Notes: generated by a model not told the origin, from the sequence alone. A DNA stretch of 64,000 nt from Bacteroidales bacterium (GCA_021740585.1 JAIOZM010000010.1:54-64053), one strand, 5' to 3'. Counted from the stretch's first letter, positions 20,055 to 29,812 are shown. Numbers and translations: made by a program.

Positions 20055-21269
20055 ATGAAAAATTATATCATGGCCTGGAGGAATCTTTGGCGAAACAAAA
20101 GGAGAACGCTAATTACTGTTGCTTCTATATTTTTCGGCGTTTTAATGTCGACCGTTATGAGTTCGATGCAGGAAGGTTCTTACGCAAATATGATCGATAA
20201 TGTGGTAAAGTTTTACTCCGGTTACATTCAGATACATGAGGAAGAATACTGGGAAAACAAAACATTATATTATTCTTTCGACGCAAATGACAGTTTATAC
20301 ACGACCTTGGAAAGCACAGAGGGCATTGTAAGCTATACTCCCCGTCTGGAGTCCTTCGCTTTAGCTTCTTCCGAAGAAAAAACACAAGCCGTTTTGGTTA
20401 TGGGGGTAGATCCTGAGAAAGAGAATGCCTTAACCAATTTAAAAAGCAGACTTGTTGAGGGAGAATATTTTGATGGAAATAATACTATTTTACTTGCCTC
20501 AAAGCTAGCTGAAAATTTGGGACTTGAATTAAACGACTCTGTAGCCTTATTAAGTCAGGGATACTTTGGCAATACAGCTGCGGAATTATTTGTTGTTCGC
20601 GGTATTCTGAATTTCCCGAATCCGGAGCTCAATAAAAGCTATGCCTACCTTGATCTTAAGTCAGCTCAGCACTACTATTCCTGTGAAGGAAAGCTCACCT
20701 CACTTAATATTATGGTTGAAGACTATTCCCGGGTTCAACCTGTACTCAAAGAACTGAAATCCAAACTGGGATCACCATATGCTTCCATGTCGTGGGATGA
20801 AATGCAGCCAGAGCTTGTTCAAATGGTAGAAAGTGATCGGGCCGGAGGGGTAATAATGAAAGCAATACTTTTTATGATCATTGGTTTTGGAATACTTGGA
20901 ACAATAATGATGATGATGTCGGAAAGGAGAAAAGAACTGGGTTTAATGGTGGCTGTGGGCATGCAAAAATACAAACTAGCTTCTATTTTGTTTTTTGAAA
21001 CTATATATATGGGCTTAATTGGGGTGGTTTCCGGTCTCCTGGCAAGTATTCCAATCATTATTTATTTCTTGCACAACCCGGCACCTATTACCGGAGATGC
21101 CGGTGAAGTGATGATTTCTATGGGAATTGAACCCCTCTTAATGTTTTCTGCTGCTCCTGAAGTCTTTTTAAATCAGGTTGTCCTTGTTTTTATCATTACT
21201 CTTTTCATTTCAATTTACCCATTAATTAATGTGTCTAAATTGAATGTAATTAAATACTTAAGAGATTAA
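20055..21269 (+). CDS. ABC transporter permease, FtsX/LolE-like
   Basis: N-terminus AWRNLWRNKRRTLITVASIFFGV, a large extracytoplasmic loop, then the C-terminal FtsX 3-TM bundle (ERRKELGLMVAVGM...). Confidence 0.8.
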   Translation: MKNYIMAWRNLWRNKRRTLITVASIFFGVLMSTVMSSMQEGSYANMIDNVVKFYSGYIQIHEEEYWENKTLYYSFDANDSLYTTLESTEGIVSYTPRLESFALASSEEKTQAVLVMGVDPEKENALTNLKSRLVEGEYFDGNNTILLASKLAENLGLELNDSVALLSQGYFGNTAAELFVVRGILNFPNPELNKSYAYLDLKSAQHYYSCEGKLTSLNIMVEDYSRVQPVLKELKSKLGSPYASMSWDEMQPELVQMVESDRAGGVIMKAILFMIIGFGILGTIMMMMSERRKELGLMVAVGMQKYKLASILFFETIYMGLIGVVSGLLASIPIIIYFLHNPAPITGDAGEVMISMGIEPLLMFSAAPEVFLNQVVLVFIITLFISIYPLINVSKLNVIKYLRD

Positions 21270-21289
21270 ATTCACCAAAATATAATATT

Positions 21290-22516
21290 ATGATCTGGTC
21301 TGTTTCATGGAAAAATGTTTGGAGAAATAAAACGAGAAGCGGCGTGGTTATCACGGCTGTAAGTCTTGGGGTATTAGCAGGAGTTTTTTCAATGGCTTTT
21401 ATGAAGGGTATGGCCAAACAACGGGTAGACTCTGCAATTAAAACCGAAACCTCTCATATTCAGATCCACACACCGGAATATGTAAATGTTAATGATTTAG
21501 AAAACTACTTTACAAATTCGGAAGAATTAAGATTGAATATTCTTTCAAAGCCTTCAGCAATAGCAGTTTCAAGAAGAATTATTGTTAATTCAATTATCAG
21601 TTCTGCGGAAAAGGGAAGCGGAATCAGGTTGTTTGGCATTGAGCCCGAACAGGAATCGCAAGTAACCAACATTAAGGATAAGCTTATTGAGGGTAACTAT
21701 CTGGAGCCATTAAAACGTAGCCGGCCTATTGTTATTGGAAGTGCTCTGGCTGAAAAACTTGATGTTAAATCGGGGTCGAAACTGGTGGTTGGTCTGGTTG
21801 ATATTAACTCTCAGCCTATATATTTTCAATTTAGAGTTGTTGGAATTTTCAAAACCCTTTCCACTCCTTTTGATGAAGCCACGGCCTTTGTAAACTATTC
21901 AGATCTAATTTCTATGACAAAGCTTCCGGAAGGGTCGGCTCATGAAATAGCCCTTTTATTGAATGACAAAGAGGCTTCGACAGAGCTTGCCCTGGAATTA
22001 AAAAAAGAGAATGCTGAACTAAGTGTTATGGAATGGATTGAAATTTTGCCTGAATTGAAATATATGACAGAGACGATGGATTTTTATATGTACATCTTCA
22101 TTTTTATCATACTTCTTGCTCTGGGATTTGGCATAGTAAACACTATGTTAATGGTAGTTTTAGAACGGGTTAAAGAACTGGGTATGTTGATGTCGATTGG
22201 GATGAATAAACGCCGGGTCTTTTCAATGATTATGTTAGAAACTGTTTTTCTGAGTTTAACCGGAGGGGTTATTGGACTGGTTTTAGGTGCCGGTATTTCG
22301 GCATTTTTCACCACACATGGTTTAGATTTTTCAGGTTTATACAAAGAGGGGCTTGAAGCTCTGGGGTATAATACCATTGTGTATACTGATATTTCACCAG
22401 AAATGATTTTTACCATTGCTATAATGGTTATACTAACGGGCGTTTTAGCTTCGGTTTATCCGGCAATAAAAGCCCTAAAACTGAATCCGGCAGAAGCCTT
22501 AAGATCTGATAATTAG
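21290..22516 (+). CDS. ABC transporter permease, FtsX/LolE-like (paralogue)
   Basis: Same architecture as the preceding gene: SWKNVWRNKTRSGVVITAVSLGV..., ERVKELGMLMSIGM..., ending KALKLNPAEALRSDN. Confidence 0.8.
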   Translation: MIWSVSWKNVWRNKTRSGVVITAVSLGVLAGVFSMAFMKGMAKQRVDSAIKTETSHIQIHTPEYVNVNDLENYFTNSEELRLNILSKPSAIAVSRRIIVNSIISSAEKGSGIRLFGIEPEQESQVTNIKDKLIEGNYLEPLKRSRPIVIGSALAEKLDVKSGSKLVVGLVDINSQPIYFQFRVVGIFKTLSTPFDEATAFVNYSDLISMTKLPEGSAHEIALLLNDKEASTELALELKKENAELSVMEWIEILPELKYMTETMDFYMYIFIFIILLALGFGIVNTMLMVVLERVKELGMLMSIGMNKRRVFSMIMLETVFLSLTGGVIGLVLGAGISAFFTTHGLDFSGLYKEGLEALGYNTIVYTDISPEMIFTIAIMVILTGVLASVYPAIKALKLNPAEALRSDN

Positions 22517-22533
22517 GGAGGGGAAGTGTCTAT

Positions 22534-22557
22534 AGTACTTAAAATGCCTTAAGTACT
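22534..22557. repeat. perfect 9-bp inverted repeat AGTACTTAA-N6-TTAAGTACT in the permease/ATPase spacer
   Basis: Read directly as AGTACTTAA AATGCC TTAAGTACT. It lies 18 nt after the permease stop and 74 nt before the ATPase start. Confidence 0.5.
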
Positions 22558-22630
22558 TAAAGTTAGGCTCAATCTGCAATAAAAAGAAAAAGAGATGGAC
22601 AATAAAGACTGTTTATAAAATTTAAAAATC

Positions 22631-23314
22631 ATGAAAATAATCGAAATCAAAAATCTGTATAAAATCTACAACGAAACCGAAGTAGAGGTTCGGGCTGTAA
22701 ATGGGGTAGATCTAAGCTTTGAACAGGGCGAATTTGCTGCCATTGTTGGTCCGTCAGGTTCGGGTAAAACCACTTTACTGAATTTACTTGGGGGCTTAGA
22801 CAGTCCTACTTCAGGAGAGGTAAGCATAAACGGAACTTCTCTGGGAAAATTAAAATCGTCTAAGCTTATTGATTTCAGAATGAAAAATATTGGATTTGTA
22901 TTCCAGGCTTATAATTTAATTCCTGTTTTAACAGCAAAAGAAAATGTAGAATTTATTATGCATTTGCAGGGAAGGTCGAAAAAGGACAGGGATAAGAGAA
23001 CCCGAGAGTTACTTGCTGCTGTGGGTCTGGAAGACAGAATGGAAAGTCGTCCGGCAAAAATGTCGGGAGGACAACAGCAAAGGGTTGCGGTAGCCAGAGC
23101 ATTAGCTTCAAATCCAAAGTTCGTTTTGGCTGATGAACCAACGGCAAATCTCGATTCAAAATCGACTGAGAATTTGCTGGATATCATGGAAAAGCTAAAT
23201 AAAGAAGAGGGAACCACTTTCATTTTCTCCACTCACGACCAGCGGGTTGTAAACAAAGCGAGAAGGGTAATCACCATTGAAGACGGAAAGATTATATCAG
23301 ATATTAATAAATAG
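22631..23314 (+). CDS. ABC transporter ATP-binding protein (LolD/MacB-type)
   Basis: Walker A GPSGSGKTT, Q-loop, signature MSGGQQQRV, Walker B FVLADEPT, H-loop STHD. Confidence 0.9.
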   Translation: MKIIEIKNLYKIYNETEVEVRAVNGVDLSFEQGEFAAIVGPSGSGKTTLLNLLGGLDSPTSGEVSINGTSLGKLKSSKLIDFRMKNIGFVFQAYNLIPVLTAKENVEFIMHLQGRSKKDRDKRTRELLAAVGLEDRMESRPAKMSGGQQQRVAVARALASNPKFVLADEPTANLDSKSTENLLDIMEKLNKEEGTTFIFSTHDQRVVNKARRVITIEDGKIISDINK

Positions 23315-23327
23315 CAAAGCTTAAAAT

Positions 23328-24488
23328 ATGCGGTTATTCGTAATACCGGTGGTTTTATTTTTTCTGATGGAAAGTACTTACTCTCAATCAGACAGTTCTA
23401 AATGGGAGTTTAGTGGCTATTTGTCAAATATGCAATCTGTTATGGTGCTGGATGAAGAACAGAATTGGATAAGTGATAATCTTTTTCATAACAGGATGAA
23501 TCTGTCCTGGTTTCCATATGAAAATTTTACGGGTGTGCTACAATTCAGAAATCGATTTATGTACGGACAAAGTATCCAGCTTTTCGATGGCTATGCAGAA
23601 TCGATTGATCGGGAACAATCCTTGCTGGATTTATCGGTAAATATACTCGAGGGAAACTCTTATTTCATTAACACGGCTATAGACAGGGCATACTTTCAAT
23701 ATAATCTGAAGGACTTTGTTTTTACCCTTGGTCGTCAGCGAATCAACTGGGGTCAGACTTTTGTCTGGAATCCAAATGACATTTTTAATGTGCAGAACTT
23801 TTTCGATTTTGATTACCCTGAAAAGCCCGGGAGCGATGCGGTAAGGATTCAATATTATACAAATTATTCCTCCAGCCTTGAGCTCGCAGCCAAACTCGAT
23901 CATGAGAAAAAGTTGACTATGGCGGGATATTACCGGTTTAATACCTTGGGGTATGATTTTCAGGTTTTAGCAGGGCTGCTGGCTGAGGAGGACTATTTGG
24001 CCGGACTGGGTTGGTCTGGTGATATATTCGGTGCCGGATTTCGGGGAGAAATGAGTTATTTTCAGCCAAAAAGAAATTTTAGTGATACAAGTGGTGTTTT
24101 TTATTCCTCAATATCATTGGATTACACATTTCACAACTCACTTTATATTCAAACAGAGGGTTTATATTCCCTATTGCCGGAGAATTTTAATCTTTCCGGG
24201 TTTATGGAATATTATCAGGGGCCATTGACGGTTAAGAATTTATCTTTTAGCAAATGGAGTTGGTTTGCCCAACTTTCCTATCCTATTACCCCCTTGCTTA
24301 ATCTTTCGTTTGCAGGGATGTATTTCCCTGATTTAAATGGATTTTACATTGGACCAACCTTGTCGTATTCATTAAAGGACAATATGGAATTAAGTATTAT
24401 TTCTCAGGTTTTTCATGGAGATTTTACTCAATCAAATACGAGTACGGATATGTATTTTTGCTTTTTACGATATAAATTCAGCTTTTGA
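23328..24488 (+). CDS. hypothetical outer-membrane beta-barrel protein
   Basis: Signal peptide MRLFVIPVVLFFLMESTYSQ. It is rich in aromatic-ended beta strands and ends ...FLRYKFSF. Last gene of the ABC cluster. Confidence 0.5.
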   Translation: MRLFVIPVVLFFLMESTYSQSDSSKWEFSGYLSNMQSVMVLDEEQNWISDNLFHNRMNLSWFPYENFTGVLQFRNRFMYGQSIQLFDGYAESIDREQSLLDLSVNILEGNSYFINTAIDRAYFQYNLKDFVFTLGRQRINWGQTFVWNPNDIFNVQNFFDFDYPEKPGSDAVRIQYYTNYSSSLELAAKLDHEKKLTMAGYYRFNTLGYDFQVLAGLLAEEDYLAGLGWSGDIFGAGFRGEMSYFQPKRNFSDTSGVFYSSISLDYTFHNSLYIQTEGLYSLLPENFNLSGFMEYYQGPLTVKNLSFSKWSWFAQLSYPITPLLNLSFAGMYFPDLNGFYIGPTLSYSLKDNMELSIISQVFHGDFTQSNTSTDMYFCFLRYKFSF

Positions 24489-24546
24489 AATTAATTTCAT
24501 AACCTTTTATTTTTTTTTGCGTAGAACGAACCATATTCATTCATAA

Positions 24547-24945
24547 ATGACAAGCGAAAACATATTAAATATTGACTGGTCCGGACGATCTATATTAATT
24601 GTAGAGGACGAGGAAATTAATTATTTGTTTATCGAAACATTGCTCTCTGTTACAAGTGCGAAAGTTATTCATGTTTGGAATGGCCAGCAAGCCGTTGATA
24701 GAATAAAAGAAAATAATGAAACTTTCGACCTGATATTAATGGATATTAAGATGCCCATAATGAATGGTTTTGAGGCCACAAAAGAGATCAGGGTGCTTCA
24801 ACCTTTAGTTCCGATTATTGCTCAAACGGCTTTCACATTGGGTGATGACCGTGATAGAAGTTTTGCTGCTGGCTGCAATGATTTTCTGACCAAACCTATA
24901 CGAAAAAATGAACTTATTTCCATTATGTCAAAATACTTATCCTGA
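24547..24945 (+). CDS. single-domain response regulator (CheY-like receiver)
   Basis: ILIVEDEEIN...DLILMDIKMPIMNGFEA...LTKP. The acidic pocket, phospho-Asp and conserved Lys positions are present. 132 aa with no output domain. Confidence 0.85.
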   Translation: MTSENILNIDWSGRSILIVEDEEINYLFIETLLSVTSAKVIHVWNGQQAVDRIKENNETFDLILMDIKMPIMNGFEATKEIRVLQPLVPIIAQTAFTLGDDRDRSFAAGCNDFLTKPIRKNELISIMSKYLS

Positions 24946-25120
24946 CATTTTCATTTTCATTATATGAGCTCTTGTTAATAAAGCTTAAAAAAATCCCACT
25001 TCGTCTTTTTTATACTTATTTTTGTAATTCATTCATTTGTCCTGTTCCGGTTTACGGGAAACTTGTTTGAAAAGTCCTTTTTTTATATTCCCTCAAGGGA
25101 AAAATTTGAAATTTAAGAAA

Positions 25121-26779
25121 ATGAAACTATTTAAAAATAAAGGCCTTGTGCTGGCGGGGATAATTATTATTGGCTTCAGCTTTTGGGGATTTGAAAAAAT
25201 TTCTGACAAAGATTTTAATATTATCAAAAACCTGGATGTATTCTATTCCTTATTCAGAGAAGTGAACTTATTTTATGTGGATGATACTGATCCTGAAAAA
25301 TTAATCGAAACCGGCATTAACTCAATGCTTGAATCTTTAGATCCTTACACTGTTTATATTCCGGAATCGAAAATGGATGATTTTAGTTTTATGACCACAG
25401 GAAAGTATGGTGGTATTGGTTCATTAATTCGAAAAAGCGGGGATTATGTTATGATTGCTGAACCATATGAAGGTTCACCATCTGCGTTATCAGGTCTTCG
25501 GGCTGGCGATTTAATTATTTCGGTCGATAATTATTCAACCAAAGGTCAGGAACTTTCAATTATAAGCGAAAAACTTAAAGGAGATCCGAATACCGAAGTG
25601 CGCTTAGTAATTCAAAAACCCGGTAGTAAAAAGCAGGAAAAGATCACTTTGATACGAAAGGAAATTCAAATTGATAATGTTTCTTACAGTGGAATGTTAG
25701 CAGAAAAAACGGGCTATATTATGCTTTCCAATTTTACTTTAGGAGCTTCCAGGGAGGTTGAAAATGCTTTTGTAAAACTTAAAAGTGAGGGGGCTGAAAA
25801 ATTAATCCTTGATTTAAGAGGTAATCCCGGCGGGCTGTTAATAGAAGCTGTCAGAATTTGCAACCTGTTTGTTCCAAAAGGTGAGCTTATTGTGAGCACA
25901 CGTGGAAAGGTTAAGCAGTGGGATCAGGAATACCGAACTCAGTCAGAACCTCTTGACACAGAAATCCCAATAATTGTATTGGTCAACAGAGCATCGGCAT
26001 CGGCCTCTGAAATTGTTTCCGGGGCATTGCAAGATCTAGACAGGGCATTTATTGTCGGACAAAGAACATTTGGCAAGGGTTTGGTTCAAACTACCCGGGA
26101 ATTAAAATACAACGGTCAGTTAAAGGTTACCACCGCCAAGTATTACATACCAAGCGGAAGGTGTATTCAGGCACTCGACTACAGCAATCGTAATGAAGAC
26201 GGAAGCGTGGGTCATATACCCGACTCATTGATTTCAAAATACACCACCAAGAACGGAAGGGTGGTATTTGATGGTGGCGGGGTACAGCCTGATCTGGTTG
26301 ATACATCAGAGGAATTAAGTCAGTTAAGTATACAATTGTACATTAATAACATGTTTTTTGATTTCGCTACAGACTATGTAGTTAAAAATCCTGTTGAACC
26401 TAAATTAGAAGGCTTTGCAATCAGCGAATCTGATTATGAGAAATTCAAGAAATTTGTAATTAGTAAGGGGTTTGATTATCAAACACAGAGCGAAGGTAAA
26501 TTAAACGATTTAATTAAGGTAGCGAAGTCAGAAAAATTTTATACCGAAGCAGAAGCTGAAATACTTGCTCTCAGAGAAAAGTTAAAGCACGATAATGATA
26601 AGGATCTGGATATTTTTAAAACCGAGATTGTTTCTTTTTTAAATGAGGAAATAATCAGCAGGTATTATTTCCAGAAGGGACGTATAAAACTATCTGTTGA
26701 TGATGATAAAACGATAGAAAAAAGTCTGAAGTTATTAAGCAAGGATAATGAGTTAAAAGAAATTTTATCGGGAATCTAA
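25121..26779 (+). CDS. S41-family C-terminal processing peptidase (tail-specific protease) with PDZ domain
   Basis: Start moved to ATG 25121 (MKLFKNKGLVLAGIIIIGF). PDZ region is SPSALSGLRAGDLIISVD. Catalytic Ser block is VNRASASASEIVSGALQD and Lys block is GQRTFGKGLVQ. Confidence 0.85.
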   Translation: MKLFKNKGLVLAGIIIIGFSFWGFEKISDKDFNIIKNLDVFYSLFREVNLFYVDDTDPEKLIETGINSMLESLDPYTVYIPESKMDDFSFMTTGKYGGIGSLIRKSGDYVMIAEPYEGSPSALSGLRAGDLIISVDNYSTKGQELSIISEKLKGDPNTEVRLVIQKPGSKKQEKITLIRKEIQIDNVSYSGMLAEKTGYIMLSNFTLGASREVENAFVKLKSEGAEKLILDLRGNPGGLLIEAVRICNLFVPKGELIVSTRGKVKQWDQEYRTQSEPLDTEIPIIVLVNRASASASEIVSGALQDLDRAFIVGQRTFGKGLVQTTRELKYNGQLKVTTAKYYIPSGRCIQALDYSNRNEDGSVGHIPDSLISKYTTKNGRVVFDGGGVQPDLVDTSEELSQLSIQLYINNMFFDFATDYVVKNPVEPKLEGFAISESDYEKFKKFVISKGFDYQTQSEGKLNDLIKVAKSEKFYTEAEAEILALREKLKHDNDKDLDIFKTEIVSFLNEEIISRYYFQKGRIKLSVDDDKTIEKSLKLLSKDNELKEILSGI

Positions 26780-27003
26780 CCTCCTGTAAATGGGTTGAAA
26801 ACCAATACTTTATCCTTTTCTCCAAAGCTTTGTTCATTGGAAGCAAGCTCTCCATTTATGGATACATAAATTTTAGCTTTACGGAGAATTTCAGATTTAG
26901 ATTGTATACTTTCTAAAAGCGTTTTCACCTCTCTTGAATCTGAATAGTCAATACTATTGGTTTTAAGGATTTCGGCTGCTATTCCGGAAAGTTTTATTCT
27001 CAT
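26776..27003 (-). CDS. MoaD/ThiS-family ubiquitin-like sulfur-carrier protein
   Basis: 75 aa ending ...VLVFNPFTGG followed by stop. The C-terminal Gly-Gly and the size are typical of MoaD/ThiS. Its stop overlaps the convergent S41 peptidase stop. Confidence 0.65.
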   Translation of the reverse strand: MRIKLSGIAAEILKTNSIDYSDSREVKTLLESIQSKSEILRKAKIYVSINGELASNEQSFGEKDKVLVFNPFTGG

Positions 27004-27026
27004 TTGTTTATCTGTTTTTATAACTT

Positions 27027-29807
27027 TTAATGGGCTTCCAGCCAGTTTGATCCGGTTCCCATATCCACCGTTAAAGGAACGGACAGTTTATATGCCGATT
27101 CCATTTCTTCACGAATAAGAGATTTCATCACACTTTCTTCGCTTTTTTTCACTTCAAAAACCAATTCATCATGAACCTGCAGGATCATTTTTGATTTTAG
27201 CTTCTCTTTTTTCATCCTTCTAAAGATATTAACCATGGCTATTTTGATAATATCTGCAGCTGAACCTTGAATCGGGGCATTAATTGCATTCCTTTCTGCC
27301 ACTCCCCTCACCACCGAATTTCGGGAAAGAATATCGGGCAAAAAACGTTTTCTTCCCAGGATGGTATAAACGCAACCTTCTTCCGTTGCCTTTCTGATGC
27401 TTTCATCCATATATTCCTTTACAGCAGGGAAAGACCTGAAATAACCGTCTATTAGCTCTTTTGCGTCTGTTCTTTTAATTTTTAGCCGTTGGGCAAGGCC
27501 AAATGCCGATATTCCGTAAATAATCCCAAAATTAGCTGTTTTAGCTTGCGATCTCATTTCTCTGCTGACATCACTTTCTTCAATCCCATAAATTTTAGCT
27601 GCCGTAGCCGTATGAATATCTTCGCCCCTGTTAAAAGAGGCTATCATATTCTCATCGCGACTTAGATGTGCCATAAGTCTCAGTTCTATTTGAGAATAGT
27701 CGGCGGCAATTAATAAATGATCCTCATCCTGAGGAATAAATGACTTTCTTATTTCCCGGCCTCTCTCCTCGCGTATGGGTATATTTTGCAAATTTGGATT
27801 GTTTGAGCTCAGCCGACCGGTGGCAACAAGAGTTTGATTATAAGAAGTGTGCAATCTCTTTGTATGCTTACTTATTAGTTTAGGTAAGGCTTCTATATAG
27901 GTGGATAATAATTTTTTAACCGATCTGAATTCTAATACTATATTAACAATCTCGTGCTTATCTGCCAGATCTGAAAGGATGTCTTCGCCTGTAGAGTATT
28001 GTTTTGTTTTTGTTTTTTTTGCGTTATCGGAGATTTTAAGCTTGTCGAAGAGTATCTCCCCAAGCTGCTTTGGAGAAGAAATATTAAAACGCTCTCCGGC
28101 TAATTCATATATTTTGCTTTCGAGATTAATTGCCTCAGCGTTAAGGTCCAGGGCGTATTCTTTTAGCGATTGAGTATTAATGTGTACCCCATTATGTTCC
28201 ATTTCTGCAAGAACATATACCAATGGCATCTCCGTTTGCATGGCCAGTTCTGAAAGCATATTCCTTTCCAGTTCAGGGGAAAATATTTCGAACAGCTGCC
28301 AGGTAAGGTCGGCGTCTTCACATGCATAGTCCTTAACAATATCAACAGGAACGGTATCCATTGTCCTTTGAGCTTTACCCTTTTCTCCTATAAGCTTTTC
28401 AATTTTTACCGGTGTATAATTAAGGTATTCCTCAGCTAATACATTGAGTCCGTGTCTTCTCTCGGGTTGCAATAAATAATGTGCGACCATGGTATCAAAA
28501 ATCTCACCCGAACATTCCATGGAATACTTTTTAAGTACTCTGATATCATATTTTAAATTTTGCCCAACCTTAAGAATGTTTTCGTCGGCTAATAGTTGTG
28601 CTATGGGTTGAAGAAATTCTGTGGTAGATTTTATGTTTTCTTTTGCGGGAATATAAAAAGCACGATGAGCTGAAAATGATATAGCTAATCCCACAAGGAT
28701 TGCGTCGTGAGGATCCAGACCTGTTGTTTCTGTATCAAAACAAAAGGCTTTTATTTGCTTAATTTCATCACACAAGGCAAGTAAATCCTCTTTTGATTCG
28801 ATCAGATTATATTTTTTCTCCTCGGTTTCAATGCTTTTATAATTATTTGAATAGGGTATTTCATTTGCTGTTGTATCTGTTCCAAATAGATTCCCTTGAT
28901 GGCCTTCCTTAATAGGGGACTCTTCGGGTTTTTGACCCAGAATTTTATTTTTGAGGGTTTTGAACTCCAATTCGTCAAATATTTCTGCTAATGCATTTAC
29001 ATTTATTTCTTCTTTTTCAAATGATTGCTTGTTGAAATCTATGGCGACATTTTGTTCTATTGTAACCAGTTTTTTCGACAGTAATGCTTGTTCTTTAAAA
29101 TTTAAAAGGTTTTCCTTTTGCTTTCCTTTAAAGTCCTCTATATTTTCAAGTACGTTTTCAATACTTTTGTATTCCGAGATAAGCTTTTTTGCTGTTTTTT
29201 CACCTATACCAGGGACTCCCGGAACGTTGTCGGCAGAATCGCCCCAAAGACCTAAAATATCGATTACCTGCAAAGGGGTTTCTATTTCAAATTTTTCGCA
29301 AACTTCCTTTACACCAAGAATTTCGGCTCCGTTTCCCATTCTTGCCGGTTTATACATAAATATATTTTCGCTTACAAGTTGAGCAAAATCTTTGTCCGGG
29401 GTCATCATATAAACCTGAAGGTTCTCCTTTTCTGCTTTTCTGGCAAGGGTTCCAATCACATCATCAGCCTCAAAACCGGATAATTCCACAGAAGGAATAT
29501 TATATGCCTGAAGAATTTTTTTTATCCAAGGAACAGCTAGTTTTATATCTTCCGGTGTTGCCTCACGGTTGGCTTTATAGTCCGGGAACATATCGTTCCG
29601 GAAAGTGGGTCCCGGGGGATCGAATACCACACCAATAAAATCAGGGTTTTCCTTTCTTAATAACTCATCAAGACTCAACACAAATCCAAATACAGTAGAG
29701 GTGTTAAGTCCTCTGGAATTCTTCATCGGGTTTGATATGAAGGCATAATAAGACCTAAAAATTAAGGCATAAGCGTCGAGAAAAAAAATCTTTTGTTTTT
29801 CAGGCAT
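27027..29807 (-). CDS. polA: DNA polymerase I
   Basis: 926 aa. It has a 5'-nuclease domain (FLDAYALIFRSYYA), a 3'-5' exonuclease domain (FDTETTGLD) and polymerase motifs (DYSQIELR, QVHDELVFE). Confidence 0.95.
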   Translation of the reverse strand: MPEKQKIFFLDAYALIFRSYYAFISNPMKNSRGLNTSTVFGFVLSLDELLRKENPDFIGVVFDPPGPTFRNDMFPDYKANREATPEDIKLAVPWIKKILQAYNIPSVELSGFEADDVIGTLARKAEKENLQVYMMTPDKDFAQLVSENIFMYKPARMGNGAEILGVKEVCEKFEIETPLQVIDILGLWGDSADNVPGVPGIGEKTAKKLISEYKSIENVLENIEDFKGKQKENLLNFKEQALLSKKLVTIEQNVAIDFNKQSFEKEEINVNALAEIFDELEFKTLKNKILGQKPEESPIKEGHQGNLFGTDTTANEIPYSNNYKSIETEEKKYNLIESKEDLLALCDEIKQIKAFCFDTETTGLDPHDAILVGLAISFSAHRAFYIPAKENIKSTTEFLQPIAQLLADENILKVGQNLKYDIRVLKKYSMECSGEIFDTMVAHYLLQPERRHGLNVLAEEYLNYTPVKIEKLIGEKGKAQRTMDTVPVDIVKDYACEDADLTWQLFEIFSPELERNMLSELAMQTEMPLVYVLAEMEHNGVHINTQSLKEYALDLNAEAINLESKIYELAGERFNISSPKQLGEILFDKLKISDNAKKTKTKQYSTGEDILSDLADKHEIVNIVLEFRSVKKLLSTYIEALPKLISKHTKRLHTSYNQTLVATGRLSSNNPNLQNIPIREERGREIRKSFIPQDEDHLLIAADYSQIELRLMAHLSRDENMIASFNRGEDIHTATAAKIYGIEESDVSREMRSQAKTANFGIIYGISAFGLAQRLKIKRTDAKELIDGYFRSFPAVKEYMDESIRKATEEGCVYTILGRKRFLPDILSRNSVVRGVAERNAINAPIQGSAADIIKIAMVNIFRRMKKEKLKSKMILQVHDELVFEVKKSEESVMKSLIREEMESAYKLSVPLTVDMGTGSNWLEAH

Positions 29808-29812
29808 AATAA

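Noticed and set aside
24487-24498. Palindrome GAAATTAATTTC followed by a T-run, as a terminator of the ABC cluster
   Set aside because: The stem is only 5 bp, all-AT apart from the terminal G-C pair, with a 2-nt loop. That is too weak to call with confidence.
25037-25120. Upstream extension of the S41 peptidase ORF; similar extensions occur at 30854-30964 (polyprenyl synthase), 42147-42212 (TPR protein), 19249-19272 (LolA-like), 30263-30295 (queD) and 37591-37608 (mnmG)
   Set aside because: In each case an internal ATG gives a canonical N-terminus (a signal peptide or a conserved family start) and removes overlap with the neighbouring gene or promoter. The extensions have no family-like sequence.
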